Origin: Pseudomonadota bacterium
GTDB taxonomy: Bacteria > Pseudomonadota > Gammaproteobacteria > Pseudomonadales > UBA5862
Length of the DNA: 64,000 bases
Direction of reading: 5' to 3'
NCBI GenBank assembly: GCA_034189125.1
Contig: JAXHVB010000094.1
Coordinates: 5,590-69,589 of the forward strand
Below the pieces are notes generated by a model, which was not told the DNA's origin, made no database searches, and worked only from the letters and a program-made list of their open reading frames with translations. Positions 26,292-36,716 of this stretch are shown here, one piece after another; the first letter of the stretch is position 1; every line of letters starts with the position of its first letter. A program made the position numbers and the translations under genes.

Positions 26292-26311
26292 CCCAAGCCT
26301 TACAATGGCGC
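26292..26311 (+). promoter_or_regulatory. TACAAT-containing 20-nt module upstream of mrcA (candidate -10 region)
   Basis: CCCAAGCCTTACAATGGCGC, 61 nt before the mrcA ATG. It matches 39032-39051 at 18 of 20 positions. Confidence 0.4.
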
Positions 26312-26371
26312 TTGTCCGCTCCGGCATGGCAACCACCATGCGCTCCCGCTCAAAGTCACTTGGCTGTACCC

Positions 26372-28759
26372 ATGCCTCATTTATTGCGCTGGATGTTGCT
26401 CTTTTTTCTGACCGGCTCGCTCGCCGCTGGCGGCTTGCTGTGGCGCAGCTACGCTGACCTGCCCGACGTCAACCAACTGCGCTCGGTGGAGTTGGAGACT
26501 CCGCTGCAGGTGTTCAGTAAAGACGGCGAGCTGATCGGAGAGTTTGGCGAAAAGCGCCGCCGCCCGGTGCGCTACGCCGAAATCCCCTCGGTCTTCATCG
26601 ACGCGTTCCTCGCTGCCGAGGACGACCGATTTTTCTCCCACCACGGGGTCGACCTGAACGGGCTGGTGCGAGCTGCCTGGCAGCTGGCCTCAAGCGGTCA
26701 CATCCAAACCGGGGGCAGCACCATCACCATGCAGGTGGCCAAGAACTTTTTCCTCAGCCACGAACGCACTTTCCAACGAAAATTCAAAGAAATTCTTCTC
26801 GCCGTAAAAATCGAGCGGGAGCTGACAAAAGAGGAAATACTGGAGCTTTATCTGAACAAGATTTTTCTCGGCAACCGGGCCTATGGCATCGCCGCAGCCG
26901 CCGAGGTCTACTACGGACAAGACATCCAGGCCCTCGACCTTGCGCAGGTCGCCATGATTGCAGGCTTGCCCAAAGCCCCCTCTGCGTACAACCCGCTGGT
27001 CAACCCAGAACGCGCCAAGATTCGGCGCGACTGGATTCTGCAACGAATGCATTCACTGGGGACGATCGACGAATCCGCCATGCAGAGCGCGACCGGGGCG
27101 CCCATTCTGGCGCAGTACCACGGCGCCCAACCCGCACTGGGGGCCCCTCACATCGCTGAAATGGCTCGCAGTTGGATGGTCGAACGCCTCGGCGAAAGGG
27201 CCTATACAGGGGGGTTTCGGGTCTACACCACAGTCAGTGGTCGCGCCCAACGTGCCGCTGTCGCTGCCGTATCCAACGGCCTCACAGAATACACCGAGCG
27301 CCACGGCTACCCGGGACCCGAAGCCCGGGCCACGCAAACGGAACTGGAGAGTCCTGATCAATACCTGGCATTGATTCGAGGGCGGCTGCCGCGTTACCCA
27401 GGCCTGACCCGCGGGCTGGTCACAGAGGTGTCAGGAAAAGAGGCAAAGGTCACCACCGAGGGAGGCGAGCAAGTGACACTGGGCTGGCCGGACTCGATGG
27501 ACTGGGCTCGCCCTCAACTGGCCCAGGTCGACACCCTCGGACCCGCCCCGTCTCAGCCCAGCGACGTCGTCTCAAGAGGTGACTTCATTCACTTGCGCGC
27601 GATGCCCGAAGGCGACTGGCGACTCGCGGCCCGGCCCCAAGTACAGGGGGCACTGGTCGCCCTGAACCCAGGCACAGGTGGTATCGAAGCGCTGGTTGGA
27701 GGCCTCAACCCCAGTGACCGCTTCAACCGGGCCACACAAGCACAGCGCCAGCCCGGCTCTGCATTCAAGCCGTTCATTTACGCAGCCGCTCTGGCGAATG
27801 GTTACAGCGCAGCCTCCGTCATCAACGACGCGCCCATCGTGTTTCACGACCGCCAGCTCGAACAGAGCTGGCGCCCAGAGAACTCAAGCGGCGAGTTTGG
27901 CGGCCCCATGCGGTTGCGCGAAGCCCTTTACCGGTCCCGCAACCTGGTGTCCATTCGATTGTTGCAGGCACTGACGCCAGCCACCGCCATCGATTACCTG
28001 TCAACACTGGGATTCGACGCGGAACGATTCCCGCCCGATCTTTCGCTCGCCCTGGGCAGTGCGACCGTCTCCCCGATGGAGTTGACGGCGGGTTACGCGA
28101 TCCTTGCCAACGGCGGATACCGTGTCGAACCGTACTGGATCGACCGGGTTGAGGGGGCGGACGGAGCCGTGATTTATCAAACGGTTCCAAGGGAAGCCTG
28201 CGCTGTTTGCGAGCAAGACCTGTTGCCCACCTTTGACGACACCATCGCGCAGGGCATGCCCGAAACTGCGCCACGGGTCATGGACCACCAGACCCGCTAC
28301 CTCATGGTGAGCATGCTCAAGGATGTGGTTCGCCGCGGCACAGGAATCAACGCGAGGGCGCTGGGGCGGGGTGACATCGCCGGCAAAACCGGCACCACCA
28401 ACGACCTCAAGGACGCCTGGTTCGCTGGCTTTACCCCGGAAATGGTCGCGGCAGTATGGGTGGGCTATGACGAGCCGAGAAAGCTCGGGGCACGTGAATA
28501 CGGCAGCACCGCAGCGCTACCGATCTGGATTGACTTCATGGAAGTCGCGTTGGCGGGACGGCCCGAGGTAGAAGAGCCCCTTCCTCCCGGGCTTGTGACT
28601 GTGCGAATTGACCCACGGACCGGGCTGCGGGCGAGCCCCGGGCAATCCGATGCGATCTTCGAGCTGTTCCGCCACACCCAACTGCCCGCGGAAGCACCTT
28701 CCGTCACCACCAACTCGGCAACGGGAGGCGATTCGCTGACACCAGACGAACTGTTCTAG
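26372..28759 (+). CDS. mrcA: penicillin-binding protein 1A (bifunctional transglycosylase/transpeptidase)
   Basis: EDDRFFSHHGVD and GGSTITMQVAKN (GT51); GSAFKPFIYAAAL (SxxK) and KTGTTND (TPase). Start at MPHLLRWMLLFF by analogy with Pseudomonas PonA. Divergent from pilM. Confidence 0.94.
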   Translation: MPHLLRWMLLFFLTGSLAAGGLLWRSYADLPDVNQLRSVELETPLQVFSKDGELIGEFGEKRRRPVRYAEIPSVFIDAFLAAEDDRFFSHHGVDLNGLVRAAWQLASSGHIQTGGSTITMQVAKNFFLSHERTFQRKFKEILLAVKIERELTKEEILELYLNKIFLGNRAYGIAAAAEVYYGQDIQALDLAQVAMIAGLPKAPSAYNPLVNPERAKIRRDWILQRMHSLGTIDESAMQSATGAPILAQYHGAQPALGAPHIAEMARSWMVERLGERAYTGGFRVYTTVSGRAQRAAVAAVSNGLTEYTERHGYPGPEARATQTELESPDQYLALIRGRLPRYPGLTRGLVTEVSGKEAKVTTEGGEQVTLGWPDSMDWARPQLAQVDTLGPAPSQPSDVVSRGDFIHLRAMPEGDWRLAARPQVQGALVALNPGTGGIEALVGGLNPSDRFNRATQAQRQPGSAFKPFIYAAALANGYSAASVINDAPIVFHDRQLEQSWRPENSSGEFGGPMRLREALYRSRNLVSIRLLQALTPATAIDYLSTLGFDAERFPPDLSLALGSATVSPMELTAGYAILANGGYRVEPYWIDRVEGADGAVIYQTVPREACAVCEQDLLPTFDDTIAQGMPETAPRVMDHQTRYLMVSMLKDVVRRGTGINARALGRGDIAGKTGTTNDLKDAWFAGFTPEMVAAVWVGYDEPRKLGAREYGSTAALPIWIDFMEVALAGRPEVEEPLPPGLVTVRIDPRTGLRASPGQSDAIFELFRHTQLPAEAPSVTTNSATGGDSLTPDELF

Positions 28760-28772
28760 CGGTGGCGGGTGT

Positions 28773-30035
28773 CTAAAGGTCGCCTAGACTGTCGATGGGG
28801 TAGTGGCCGGGCAGGGCGGATTGCGCCACCCCCGACTCCACTGCCGCCTGCGCCACCGCCATCGAGACACGGCCCAGCAACCGCGGGTCGGTGGGCTTGG
28901 GAATGATGTATTCGGGCCCGAATTCAAGTCCGTCCAACTCGTACCCCCTCAGCACCTCGCGCGGCACAGGTTCATGCGCCAACTGGCGAATTGCCTCCAC
29001 TGCGGCCACCTTCATGGCTTCGTTAATTTTCGCAGCACGCACGTCCAATGCACCCCGGAATATGAATGGAAAACACAGGACGTTGTTGACCTGGTTGGGA
29101 AAATCGGACCGGCCCGTCGCCATGATCAGATCAGAGCGGGTGTCGTGCGCCAACCGGGGCGCAATTTCAGGATCCGGATTGGAGCACGCAAAGACAACCG
29201 GGCGTGCAGCCATGCGCTTGAGCACCTGCGCAGGAAACAAGTTGGGCCCGGAAAGCCCCACAAAGACATCGGCCCCTTCACAGGCATCGCTGAGGGTGCG
29301 CTTGTCCGTATCGCGCGCAAACGATGCCTTGTATTGGCTGAGGTCATCACGCTCTGAGTGAATCACCCCTTTGCGGTCCAGCATGAAGATGCGCTCGGGG
29401 TCCGCACCCAACGAAATGAGCAGACGCATGCAGGCAATCGCCGCTGCTCCTGCGCCCAAGCAGACGATTTGGGCTTCCCCGAGCCGCTTGCCCTGTAACT
29501 CAAGCGCGTTGAGGAGCCCGGCAGCGGTCACGATGGCAGTGCCGTGTTGGTCATCGTGAAACACCGGAATGGAGCACTGTTCGATGAGCACACGCTCAAT
29601 CTCGAAGCACTCTGGCGCCTTGATGTCTTCCAAGTTGATGCCGCCGAAGGTATCGGCGATGCGCACCACCGTGTCGATAAACGCCTGAGGGCTCTCCGCG
29701 TTAACTTCGATGTCGAACACATCGACTCCGGCAAAGCGCTTGAACAACACCCCCTTCCCTTCCATCACTGGTTTACTGGCAAGCGCACCCAAATCGCCAA
29801 GACCCAGAATCGCCGACCCGTTGGAAATCACCGCCACCAAGTTGCCCTTGGCAGTGTACCGATAGGCTGCATCCGGGTCGTTGGCAATTTCCCGCACTGG
29901 CTCGGCGACACCTGGGCTGTAGGCCAGTGCCAGATCCTTGGCTGTCTCAGTGGGCTTGGTGATCTGCATTGCCACCTTTCCTGGCTTAGGAAGGGCGTGG
30001 TAGTCCAAAGCGGCTTGGCGCAACGAGTCTGACAT
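28773..30035 (-). CDS. NAD(P)-dependent malic enzyme, short form without a phosphotransacetylase-like domain
   Basis: [58 protein letters not shown] and [10 protein letters not shown]. Length is 420 aa. Confidence 0.92.
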   Translation of the reverse strand: MSDSLRQAALDYHALPKPGKVAMQITKPTETAKDLALAYSPGVAEPVREIANDPDAAYRYTAKGNLVAVISNGSAILGLGDLGALASKPVMEGKGVLFKRFAGVDVFDIEVNAESPQAFIDTVVRIADTFGGINLEDIKAPECFEIERVLIEQCSIPVFHDDQHGTAIVTAAGLLNALELQGKRLGEAQIVCLGAGAAAIACMRLLISLGADPERIFMLDRKGVIHSERDDLSQYKASFARDTDKRTLSDACEGADVFVGLSGPNLFPAQVLKRMAARPVVFACSNPDPEIAPRLAHDTRSDLIMATGRSDFPNQVNNVLCFPFIFRGALDVRAAKINEAMKVAAVEAIRQLAHEPVPREVLRGYELDGLEFGPEYIIPKPTDPRLLGRVSMAVAQAAVESGVAQSALPGHYPIDSLGDL

Positions 30036-30045
30036 GGCGTGTGGG

Positions 30046-30080
30046 CTCCAACCGGGCTGCTTCTCTTTTCACGGTTGGAG
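30046..30080 (-). promoter_or_regulatory. 9-bp hairpin in the malic-enzyme leader whose 3' arm contains the only SD-like GGAG
   Basis: mRNA sense reads CTCCAACCG (30080-30072), a 17-nt loop, then CGGTTGGAG (30054-30046). A further 10 nt lead to the ATG at 30035. Confidence 0.45.
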
Positions 30081-30381
30081 GCTAACCCGAACCGACCAGT
30101 TGGACAACACACAGACTGAAAAACGCTCGAATAAAGAAAAAACCCAGATCCATCCGACCAGAAACCCACATCGAACAGACCAGTTAGCGCTCAGGTTGTG
30201 CGGAGTTTCGAGGCACCCGGGTCGCAGGGAGGGGTTGGGGCAGCCTTAAGCCACTGAGGTCGGCTTGAAAACCGGTCGGTTGCTGCACAACGATGGCTTC
30301 GGGCCCCACGCATGCGGCCACAGAACCAGCCAAGCCACCGCGCGGACCTAGGACCCCGGGTGGAATGGACGGACAGGGTGA

Positions 30382-30412
30382 CGGGGCAGAAAGTTACGGA
30401 AAGCCTGCCCCG
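30382..30412 (-). terminator. terminator-like hairpin after rpmE
   Basis: 8-bp stem CGGGGCAG/CTGCCCCG with a 15-nt loop, starting 10 nt past the rpmE stop. No U-tract follows. Confidence 0.45.
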
Positions 30413-30422
30413 CAGGTGAGGC

Positions 30423-30635
30423 CTAGGTGCTGGAACGGTTCCCAAAACGGCGGCGGAAACGCTCGACGCGACCGCCCGAGTCCAGCACCTTCTGCTTACC
30501 GGTATAAAATGGGTGGCACTCGGAGCAGACCTCCAGTGTGAGGTCTTTACCGGCCGTGGAGCGGGTCTCGATCACGTTCCCGCAGCTGCACACCGCTTTG
30601 ATTGCGGTGTACTGGGGGTGGATATCCGGTTTCAT
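30423..30635 (-). CDS. rpmE: 50S ribosomal protein L31 (Zn-ribbon type)
   Basis: MKPDIHPQY...CSCGN...[13 protein letters not shown]. Length is 70 aa. Confidence 0.97.
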   Translation of the reverse strand: MKPDIHPQYTAIKAVCSCGNVIETRSTAGKDLTLEVCSECHPFYTGKQKVLDSGGRVERFRRRFGNRSST

Positions 30636-30818
30636 GGTGGCTGTACCTCAGTATCTGGCGCGGTGGCTCCCGGGCCGCCCCTCGATCCGCCCGCGCCGGC
30701 GCAAGCAGTGTGTCAAGTAGAATGCACGCCCAGACGCCTGGACCCAGGCAAATGGGCGCGCAATACTACCAAAATCTTGCACAAACACAATCCTCTGCAC
30801 CACGATCAAGGCTCCAGG

Positions 30819-33035
30819 TTGTCGCCCCCCACTCCCCTGATTCTCCGCGTTGCGGTCCCGGTCCCCCTGTTCAGCACCTTTGACTACCACGCGCCCGATC
30901 ATTCGGCGACCCTCCCCGAAACACCCGTCGGCTGCCGTGTGCGGGTGCCCTTCCGCCAACGCCACCTGGTGGGGCTCGTGGTCGCAACACCCGCAGAATC
31001 CGAGGTGCCCACAAGCCGATTGCGCAGCGCGCTGGAATGGTTGGATGCTGAGCCGCTGTTGCCGGTGAACCTCATCCGTTTGCTGCTCTGGTCCGCGGCC
31101 TACTACAAGCAGCCACCAGGGGAGTTCCTGGCCTTGTCCCTGCCACCTGCCCTGCGCTCCGGTCATGCGCTGCCAAGCGCGGGAACGGCCTACCGCTTGA
31201 CTCCGCCCGGAATCACCGCTGACCTCCAGGCACTTCAGCGTGCACCCGGCCAGCGGGCCTTGCTCCAAGCACTGCGGGCGCGCCACCCGCAGCCGGTCTC
31301 CAGGGCGGAGTTGGCCCCGTTGACACAGTCGCCCGCACCGCTTCGCGCCTTGCTGCGCCGCGGCTGGGCTGAGGGGACAGCCCTGCCCATCGCCTCGACC
31401 TGGGGCAACTTCCAGCCAGCGGCATCGGGGCCGGAGTTGACCACGGAACAGTCAGAAGCGCTCGCGACCTGGAAGCAATATGCCCCGGCCGGGTTCAGCT
31501 GCACGCTCATCGAAGGGGTTACCGGTAGCGGCAAAACCGAGTTGTACCTGCGCATGATTGACCAAACCGTTCAGTCGGGCCAGCAGGCGCTGGTCCTGTC
31601 ACCCGAGATCGGGCTTCTGCCCCAATTGCAGCGCCGGCTCCAGACACGGTTCCCCCATGCACCCATCTCGGTGCTGCACTCCGAGCGTGCGGCTGGCCTG
31701 CGCCTGGCGGACTGGAACCGAGCACGCACCGGAAACGCGGCCGTGGTGATCGGGACCCGTTCGGCGGTGCTGACACCTTTGCCAAGGCTTGGCCTGATCG
31801 TCGTCGATGAGGAACAGGACCCGGCCTACAAGCAGCAGGAGGGCACCCTGTACTCGGCGCGCGACCTCGCCGTTCGCCGCGCACAAACTGAGGGCTGCCC
31901 GGTGGTGCTCGGCACGGCGACCCCGGCAGCCGAAACACTGGCCAATGCCCGCTCGGGCCGCTACATCCACCTCACATTGAGCCGGCGTGCAGGCGGCGCG
32001 AAGCTCCCTGAGGTCCGCTTGATCGACCTCAGGGGTCGCCCGTTGGAAGACGGGTTTTCGCCACCAGTACTCGCCCTGATCGAAGACCACCTGCAGGCCG
32101 AGGGCCAAGTGTTGGTGTTTAACAACCGCCGCGGCTTCGCGCCATCGGTGGTGTGCCACAGCTGCGGGTGGAACGCCGAGTGTGGCCGCTGTGACCTGCG
32201 GTTGGTACTCCATCAGCCGGAGGCCCAGCTTCGCTGTCACCACTGCAACGCGCGCGCTCCCATGCCGATCGTTTGTCCAGCGTGCAATTCACCGGATCTG
32301 GTCACCCAAGGCATTGGCACCCAGCGCTGCGCCAATGCCCTCGAGGCGCGCTTCCCTGAAATCCCGGTGGTCCGCATCGACCACGACACGACACGCAAGC
32401 GGGGCAGCCGGGAGGCCCAGTACGCACGCATCCACGAAGGTCGGCCCGCGGTGCTCATCGGTACCCAGATGCTGGCCAAAGGCCACCACTTCCCCGAGGT
32501 GACGCTGGTGGTGGTGCTGGACGCGGATCAGGGCTTGCTCAGTGCTGACTTTCGGGGCCTGGAACGCACTGCACAGCTGCTTGTGCAAGTGATGGGCCGT
32601 GCTGGACGCGGGACCAAACCGGGCACCGTCGCAATCCAGACCCACCAGCCAAACCACCCGGTCTGGCAGCACCTGACAAAGGGTGATTACCGGGGTTGTA
32701 TGGACGCCGAGTTGGCGCAGCGAAAAGCCAACGGCCTGCCACCGGCCACACACATGGCGCTGATCCGTGCCGACGCCCCCAAGCAGGGAACGGCGGAGGC
32801 ATTCCTGCGGGCACTGCACCCCCCTCAACCCAACACCGGGCTCGAGTGGCTCGGCCCCACGCCCGCGCCGGTCGAGCGCCGTGTCGGCCGATTCCATGCG
32901 CAATTGCTGCTGATCAGCCCCGACCGCGGACTGTTGCATCGAACACTGGACCACTGCCTACACCAGCTCCAGTCGCAGCCCCGGGGCCGGGACCTACACT
33001 GGGTCATCGATGTTGACCCCTGCGAACTGTTCTAG
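30819..33035 (+). CDS. priA: primosomal replication restart helicase PriA
   Basis: Start reads (M)SPPTPLILRVAVPVPLFSTFDY. Walker A GVTGSGKTE, VVDEEQD, and a Cys-rich Zn region (CHSCGW..CGRC..CHHC..CPAC). TTG start at 30819 chosen by N-terminal alignment with Pseudomonas PriA. The track ORF from 30513 overlaps rpmE and is an extension. Confidence 0.88.
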   Translation: MSPPTPLILRVAVPVPLFSTFDYHAPDHSATLPETPVGCRVRVPFRQRHLVGLVVATPAESEVPTSRLRSALEWLDAEPLLPVNLIRLLLWSAAYYKQPPGEFLALSLPPALRSGHALPSAGTAYRLTPPGITADLQALQRAPGQRALLQALRARHPQPVSRAELAPLTQSPAPLRALLRRGWAEGTALPIASTWGNFQPAASGPELTTEQSEALATWKQYAPAGFSCTLIEGVTGSGKTELYLRMIDQTVQSGQQALVLSPEIGLLPQLQRRLQTRFPHAPISVLHSERAAGLRLADWNRARTGNAAVVIGTRSAVLTPLPRLGLIVVDEEQDPAYKQQEGTLYSARDLAVRRAQTEGCPVVLGTATPAAETLANARSGRYIHLTLSRRAGGAKLPEVRLIDLRGRPLEDGFSPPVLALIEDHLQAEGQVLVFNNRRGFAPSVVCHSCGWNAECGRCDLRLVLHQPEAQLRCHHCNARAPMPIVCPACNSPDLVTQGIGTQRCANALEARFPEIPVVRIDHDTTRKRGSREAQYARIHEGRPAVLIGTQMLAKGHHFPEVTLVVVLDADQGLLSADFRGLERTAQLLVQVMGRAGRGTKPGTVAIQTHQPNHPVWQHLTKGDYRGCMDAELAQRKANGLPPATHMALIRADAPKQGTAEAFLRALHPPQPNTGLEWLGPTPAPVERRVGRFHAQLLLISPDRGLLHRTLDHCLHQLQSQPRGRDLHWVIDVDPCELF

Positions 33036-33228
33036 CGCAGCCCTCCCAATGACTTAGGCAAACACGTCGGCGCCGCGTTTCAGGCGGCCTCGACCAGTGC
33101 TAAACTTGCCGCCTTTCCGACAGGCCTCACGCCGTGAAACCCGCCGGCGTAACCTTGAGTTGCGGGGGCAACCCGGCTCGTCACAGCCGACCACGCGCAG
33201 CCCCACCCGAAGTCAGGAGAATGTCAGC

Positions 33229-34212
33229 ATGAAACCAGCAGTTAGAGTGGCCGTTACCGGAGCCGCCGGGCAAATCAGTTATGCGTTGCTGTTTCGCATC
33301 GCTTCGGGAGAGATGCTTGGCAAAGACCAGCCCGTCATTTTGCAATTGCTTGAAATCACCCCAGCACTCGAAGCGCTCCAGGGTGTGGTGATGGAGCTTG
33401 AGGACTGCGCCTTTCCGTTGCTGCAAGCCGTGACGATCAGCGACAAACCCGAAGAAGGCTTTGCCGACGCCGACTACGCGCTGCTCGTCGGTGCGCGCCC
33501 ACGTGGGCCGGGCATGGAGCGCAAAGACCTGTTGACCGCCAACGCGCAGATTTTTTCCACCCAGGGAAAGGCCATCGACCAGGTCGCATCCAGAGGCATT
33601 CGGGTGCTGGTCGTCGGCAACCCGGCAAACACGAACGCACTGATTGCCCAGCGCAACGCCCCCTCTTTGGACCCGCGCCAGTTCACTGCCATGACCCGCC
33701 TCGACCACAACCGAGCGCTCACCCAGTTGGCACATCAGACCAACAGCGCTGTGACCGACATTCAGCGCATGACAATATGGGGCAACCACTCGGCCACCCA
33801 GTACCCGGACATCGCCCACGCTTTGGTGAAGGGCAAACCGGCACCCGCGCAGGTGTCGGACAACTGGTATCGAGACACCATGATCCCAGTGGTACAGCAA
33901 CGTGGCGCCGCCATCATTCAGGCCCGTGGAGCATCCAGTGCCGCCTCGGCCGCCAACGCGGCCATCTCCCACATGCGCGACTGGGCATTGGGCACGCCGG
34001 GCGACGACTGGGTCAGCATGGGGGTCTATAGTGACGGCAGTTACGGCATCACCGCCGGACTCATCTATTCGTACCCGACGCAGTGCAAGAACGGTGACTG
34101 GGAAATTGTGCAGGACCTGGACATCGCGGAATTCAGCCGCGAGAAAATGCGCGCCACCGAACAAGAACTGATCGAAGAACGCGACGCAGTCGCCGACCTC
34201 CTGCCCGACTGA
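33229..34212 (+). CDS. mdh: malate dehydrogenase (LDH-like type 2 MDH)
   Basis: [46 protein letters not shown] and IWGNHS. AGGAGA lies 8 nt upstream of the ATG. Confidence 0.95.
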   Translation: MKPAVRVAVTGAAGQISYALLFRIASGEMLGKDQPVILQLLEITPALEALQGVVMELEDCAFPLLQAVTISDKPEEGFADADYALLVGARPRGPGMERKDLLTANAQIFSTQGKAIDQVASRGIRVLVVGNPANTNALIAQRNAPSLDPRQFTAMTRLDHNRALTQLAHQTNSAVTDIQRMTIWGNHSATQYPDIAHALVKGKPAPAQVSDNWYRDTMIPVVQQRGAAIIQARGASSAASAANAAISHMRDWALGTPGDDWVSMGVYSDGSYGITAGLIYSYPTQCKNGDWEIVQDLDIAEFSREKMRATEQELIEERDAVADLLPD

Positions 34213-34227
34213 CCGAGGCCGCACGCC

Positions 34228-34252
34228 GCCTGCGCCCGAAAGCGGCGCAGGC
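34228..34252 (+). terminator. terminator-like GC hairpin after mdh
   Basis: 9-bp stem GCCTGCGCC/GGCGCAGGC with a 7-nt loop, 15 nt after the stop. No T-tract follows. Confidence 0.5.
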
Positions 34253-34309
34253 CATAGGGGCAGGTCGAGTCAATGCGCGCCGCCGCCCCACCATGCAACC
34301 CCAAAGCCG

Positions 34310-36079
34310 ATGAACATGAAAGACTCACTTGTTGCCCTGCTCGTGGAATCGATGCGGACACTGCAGGCACGTGGCGACGTCCCCAGCGACCTGGACCTGA
34401 CGCCTCAGCTCGAACGCGCTCGCGACCGTCAATTCGGCGATTTCGCCAGCAACCTCGCCATGGTGCTCGCCAAACCCAGCCGCCAAAGTCCGCGCAAGCT
34501 CGCCGAGCAACTGATCAACGCGCTACCGAGCGACCCACGCGTCGAGCGGGTCGAAGTGGCAGGCCCCGGCTTTATCAACTTCTATGTGCGCCCCGATGGC
34601 CACCACAGCACCATCGGCCAGGTGCTCGACCAAGCCGCAGCCTATGGCCACACCAACCTGGGTGCCGGCCAGCACATTCAGGTGGAGTTTGTCTCCGCCA
34701 ACCCAACCGGGCCCCTGCACGTCGGCCATGGCCGGGGCGCCGCTTACGGTGCCTGTCTGGCCAATGTGCTCGCCGCGTGCGGCTATGAGGTCACCCGCGA
34801 ATACTACGTCAACGACGCGGGGCGCCAGATGGACATTCTCGCCACCAGCGTGTGGCTGCGGTATCTGGAGGTGTGTGGAGAGGAGCTGTCGTTTCCCGAC
34901 AACGGCTACCGTGGCGACTACGTCATCGATCTGGCCAAGAGCCTGCACCAGCAGTTGGGTAAGCGCCTGCACAAGAGCGCGGAGTCAGTATTCGACGAAC
35001 TGCCCGCAGACGGTCGCGACGGCGGCGACAAAGAAGCCCACATTGATGCCCTGATCAAGCGCTGCCAACAGCTGCTTGGTGAGACCGAATACCGGCTGCT
35101 TTTCGACCACGGGCTTGACGGCATCCGCGCGGACATCGCAGCCGACCTCGAAGCCTTCGGCGTGCACTACGACCTGTGGTTTTCCGAACGCAGCCTGAGC
35201 GAAGCCGATGCGATTGAGAAGGCGATCGAAGCCTTGGTGGCAAAGGGCCTGGTCTACCAGGAGGCTGGCGCGCGCTGGTTTGCCTCCACCCGTTTTGGGG
35301 ACGACAAGGATCGGGTCGTGCAGCGCGAAGACGGTCGCTACACGTATTTTGCCGCCGACATCGCCTACCACCACAACAAGTTTGAGCGGGGCTTCGACCG
35401 CATCGTCAATGTGTGGGGGGCGGACCACCACGGTTACATCCCCCGCGTCCGGGCGGCGGTCGAAGCACTCGGACACGACCCGGAACACTTGCAGGTTCGC
35501 TTGGTGCAGTTCGCCATCCTGTACCGCGGCTCTGAACGGGTGCAAATGTCAACCCGCAGTGGTTCGTTCATCACCTTGCGGGAGCTGCGAGAGGAGGTTG
35601 GCAACGATGCGGCACGGTTTTTCTATGTGCTGCGCAAGGCAGAGCAGCACATGGACTTTGACCTCGAACTCGCCAAGTCGCAGAGCAAAGACAACCCCGT
35701 GTACTACATCCAGTACGCCCACGCACGGATCGCGAGCATGCGGCGCAAACTCAACGCTGACGCAGCCACCACCTTCGACCCAGCATATGCGCTGGAACAG
35801 TTGCACCAGCTGACGGAAGAGCGTGAGCAGCAGTTGGTCGACGAGATCGCCCGCTACCCTGAAGTGGTCGAACATGCGGCGCGCACCCTGGAGCCGCACC
35901 TGATCGCCCACTACCTGCGCGACTTGGCCAGCCACTTTCACGTGTACTACAACGGCCACCGGGTTCTCGTCGAAGAGGCCAATTTGCGTGCCGCCCGGGT
36001 CGCCCTCTGTGTTGCGGTGCAGCAGGTTCTGCGCAATGGCCTTGACCTGTTGGGCGTACAGGCACCGGAGCGAATGTAA
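34310..36079 (+). CDS. argS: arginine--tRNA ligase
   Basis: FVSANPTGPLHVGHGRGAAYG (HIGH) and a class I fold with a C-terminal DALR anticodon-binding domain. Length is 589 aa. Confidence 0.96.
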   Translation: MNMKDSLVALLVESMRTLQARGDVPSDLDLTPQLERARDRQFGDFASNLAMVLAKPSRQSPRKLAEQLINALPSDPRVERVEVAGPGFINFYVRPDGHHSTIGQVLDQAAAYGHTNLGAGQHIQVEFVSANPTGPLHVGHGRGAAYGACLANVLAACGYEVTREYYVNDAGRQMDILATSVWLRYLEVCGEELSFPDNGYRGDYVIDLAKSLHQQLGKRLHKSAESVFDELPADGRDGGDKEAHIDALIKRCQQLLGETEYRLLFDHGLDGIRADIAADLEAFGVHYDLWFSERSLSEADAIEKAIEALVAKGLVYQEAGARWFASTRFGDDKDRVVQREDGRYTYFAADIAYHHNKFERGFDRIVNVWGADHHGYIPRVRAAVEALGHDPEHLQVRLVQFAILYRGSERVQMSTRSGSFITLRELREEVGNDAARFFYVLRKAEQHMDFDLELAKSQSKDNPVYYIQYAHARIASMRRKLNADAATTFDPAYALEQLHQLTEEREQQLVDEIARYPEVVEHAARTLEPHLIAHYLRDLASHFHVYYNGHRVLVEEANLRAARVALCVAVQQVLRNGLDLLGVQAPERM

Positions 36080-36084
36080 CCGCG

Positions 36085-36648
36085 GTGGCCAACCGGAAGC
36101 GCCATGCCCGCCGCACGCCGCCCCCCGCGGCGTCCAACCGGCAAGCGGCCTCGTGGTTTTGCGGCGGTCTCGCCACTGGAGCCCTGGTCGCCAGCCTGGT
36201 GGCCCTCGCCAACTGGCCCAGCAGCGACGCGCCTCAGGGGGGGGTGGACGGGGGTGAGCCGAAAACCGCCGCGGACAGCAGCGCGCTGCCCGAATTCAAG
36301 TTCTATACCGTACTGCGAGACCGCGAGGTCAAGGTACCCGATGTGGAGACGGCCACCTCTGCGGGATCGGCACCGCAAACGGATGCGACCCCGAATCAAC
36401 ACACCCGCTACTTGATCCAGGCGGGGTCATTCAAGCAGGCCGAGGATGCAGACCGCCTGCGGGCCGAACTGCTGCTGTTGGGGCTGGACGCCAAAGTGCA
36501 GTCCATACGTCGGGGCGAGCAAACCTGGCACCGGGTTCAAATTGGACCCTTTGCATCCCAGCGCCGCGTGAATGCGGCGCGCAACCTGTTGCACCAGCAC
36601 GAAATTGAGAACATCGTGCTCCGACTGCGGGACACGCCAGCGGGTTGA
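36085..36648 (+). CDS. SPOR domain protein (FtsN-like position upstream of hslVU)
   Basis: Basic N-terminus, one TM helix (GGLATGALVASLVALA) and a C-terminal SPOR domain (YLIQAGSFKQAEDADRLRAELLLLGLDAKV...WHRVQIGPF). GTG start lies 6 nt after the argS stop. Confidence 0.8.
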   Translation: MANRKRHARRTPPPAASNRQAASWFCGGLATGALVASLVALANWPSSDAPQGGVDGGEPKTAADSSALPEFKFYTVLRDREVKVPDVETATSAGSAPQTDATPNQHTRYLIQAGSFKQAEDADRLRAELLLLGLDAKVQSIRRGEQTWHRVQIGPFASQRRVNAARNLLHQHEIENIVLRLRDTPAG

Positions 36649-36716
36649 AAACCACCCCGAGCACCCCCATCACTCGCTTTTAGTCTTTCTAGGATCGATT
36701 GAGATTGGAGAGGTCA

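Noticed and set aside
30116-30146. T-rich run on the - strand (GGGTTTTTTCTTTATTCGAGCGTTTTTCAG) as an intrinsic terminator or the end of an sRNA between rpmE and the malic enzyme gene.
   Set aside because: I could not find a stable hairpin immediately upstream of the T-run. It is more simply the AT-rich promoter or UP region of the malic enzyme gene.
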